From contig NC_043006.1 of the NCBI RefSeq assembly GCF_006345805.1, positions 22,010,001 through 22,074,000 on the forward strand: a stretch of DNA of 64,000 nucleotides, read 5' to 3'. Position numbers and translations under genes: made by a program. The notes below the pieces were generated by a model. The model saw only the letters and a list, made by a program, of their open reading frames with translations. It was not told the origin of the DNA and ran no database searches. Origin of the DNA: Octopus sinensis. Its lineage: Eukaryota. The number at the start of each line of letters is the position of its first letter. Position 1 is the stretch's first letter. Of the stretch, positions 63,303 to 64,000 are shown in pieces.

Positions 63303-63590
63303 AGTGGTTGTATTCTGTCAACTTAACATGACAGTCCTGTAAAAGGAATCACACCACCGCTGTTTAGCCCTAGGAAGCATCGATGCTTCCTGTCGTCCTC
63401 GACACATTTCCTGTGTCCTTATATATTTACGAAGGGGAGACAGCTGTTGGGGGTATTTGTCTCCCCTTCGTAAATATATAAGGACACAGGAAATGTGTCG
63501 AGGCCGACAGGAAGCATCGATGCTTCCTAGGGCTAAACAGCGGTGGTGTGATTCTCTTACTGTCACGTTAAGTTGACAGTATACAACCAC
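63303..63590. repeat. Near-perfect ~135-bp-arm hairpin, related to the Penelope-like repeat at 56450-56600
   Basis: Arms meet at ...gaaggggagaca-gctgttgggggtatt-tgtctccccttc... Confidence 0.85.
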
Positions 63591-63829
63591 CCTATTATTT
63601 CTTAGTATTATTACTAAGGCCGCAAGCTGGCTGAATCGTTAGCATGCCAGGCAAAATGCTTAGGTGTATTTCATCTGTCTTCACGTTCCTAGTTCAAATT
63701 CCACCAAGGCCAACTTTGCCTTTTGTTATTTTTGGGGTTGATAAAATAGGTACCAGTTAAACTTTGGGATTGATGTAATCAACTTATCTCTTCCCCAAAA
63801 ATTGTTGGCCTTGTGCCAGAGTTTGAAAC

Positions 63830-63866
<37 letters not shown>

Positions 63867-64000
63867 TCTTAATGTTATTACTATGGTAGTGAGCTGGCAG
63901 AATCATTAGTATGATGGACAAAATGCTTAGCGACATTTCTTCCACCTTGACTTTTTTAGTTCAAATACTGCTGAGGTCAACTTTGCCTTTCATCCTTTCA

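Overview
AT-rich, microsatellite-laden animal genomic DNA, most likely a coleoid cephalopod (Octopus-like). This is an inference from the SINE families and the intron-containing tRNA-Lys(UUU) genes. Bases 1-~40.8 kb are a rearranged segmental-duplication array with 8 recognisable intron-containing tRNA-Lys(TTT) genes and 5 degenerate copies, in four intron classes (11, 15, 18, 20 nt). The array includes a ~6.8 kb near-perfect palindrome centred at ~3427, a 2.8 kb tandem duplication whose junction is a chimeric MITE, and a ~12.6 kb tandem duplication. Bases ~45.6-64 kb hold coding exons 1-3 of mitochondrial ribosomal protein L20 (+ strand), with a 15.8 kb TE-filled intron 1. The window is rich in mobile DNA: three tRNA-derived SINE families, Merlin-like, hAT, piggyBac and pogo-like MITEs, Helitrons, mariner and piggyBac relics, and CR1, RTE and Tx1 LINE fragments. 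The most unusual signals are (i) minimal hammerhead-ribozyme-like motifs in Penelope-like repeats, including a ~240 bp fold-back element with one motif per arm, (ii) tandem ORF1-only (HAL1-like) retroelements sharing a 3' tail with a SINE and a Tx1-like LINE, (iii) a SINE body with two alternative tails, and (iv) several long hairpins in MRPL20 introns. Almost all ORFs in the supplied track are microsatellite or repeat artefacts.
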